DNA of 14,678 nucleotides from Bdellovibrionia bacterium (GTDB lineage Bacteria; Bdellovibrionota; UBA1018): NCBI GenBank assembly GCA_049424145.1, contig JBMSSC010000069.1, positions 1 to 14,678 of the forward strand, read 5' to 3'. Shown piece by piece: positions 14,555 to 14,678 of this stretch (position 1 is its first letter; each line of letters starts with the position of its first letter). The notes under the pieces were generated by a model. It saw only the letters and a program-made list of their open reading frames with translations, ran no database searches and was not told where the DNA came from. The position numbers and the translations under genes were made by a program.

Positions 14555-14678
14555 CAAGATCCCCAGGCTTCAAAAATCCTCAAAAAAAGAGGTGTTGTCA
14601 AATGCCGGACCAAAGCGGTCTATTAGACGATCTGGATCGACTTAGCCTTCATATTGTTCTTGCTCACTTCTGAGGGAG

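Overview
Bacterial chromosomal window. The gene content suggests a Bdellovibrionota/deltaproteobacterial-like organism, but this is an inference only. In order it holds: the 3' end of an RCC1/BLIP-II-like repeat protein, a small hypothetical gene, rimK, a secreted beta-propeller protein, a long-chain acyl-CoA ligase, rpoZ, an FmdB-type zinc ribbon gene and tRNA-Arg(TCT). Next come two tandem, signal-peptide-bearing paralogues, a minus-strand biotin operon (bioB-bioF-bioD plus a ferritin-like diiron gene resembling BioE, with no bioA, bioC or bioH), and tRNA-Leu(TAG). The most striking observation is the tandem pair at 7175-10109. By eye, both proteins carry the ordered motif series of OspC/CopC-type arginine ADP-riboxanase (NAD+-dependent effector) domains. 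However, they lack the usual C-terminal ankyrin repeats, carry Sec-like signal peptides, and have Gln at the position of the catalytic Glu, and one is fused to LRRs. All family calls come from motif recognition; no searches were run.
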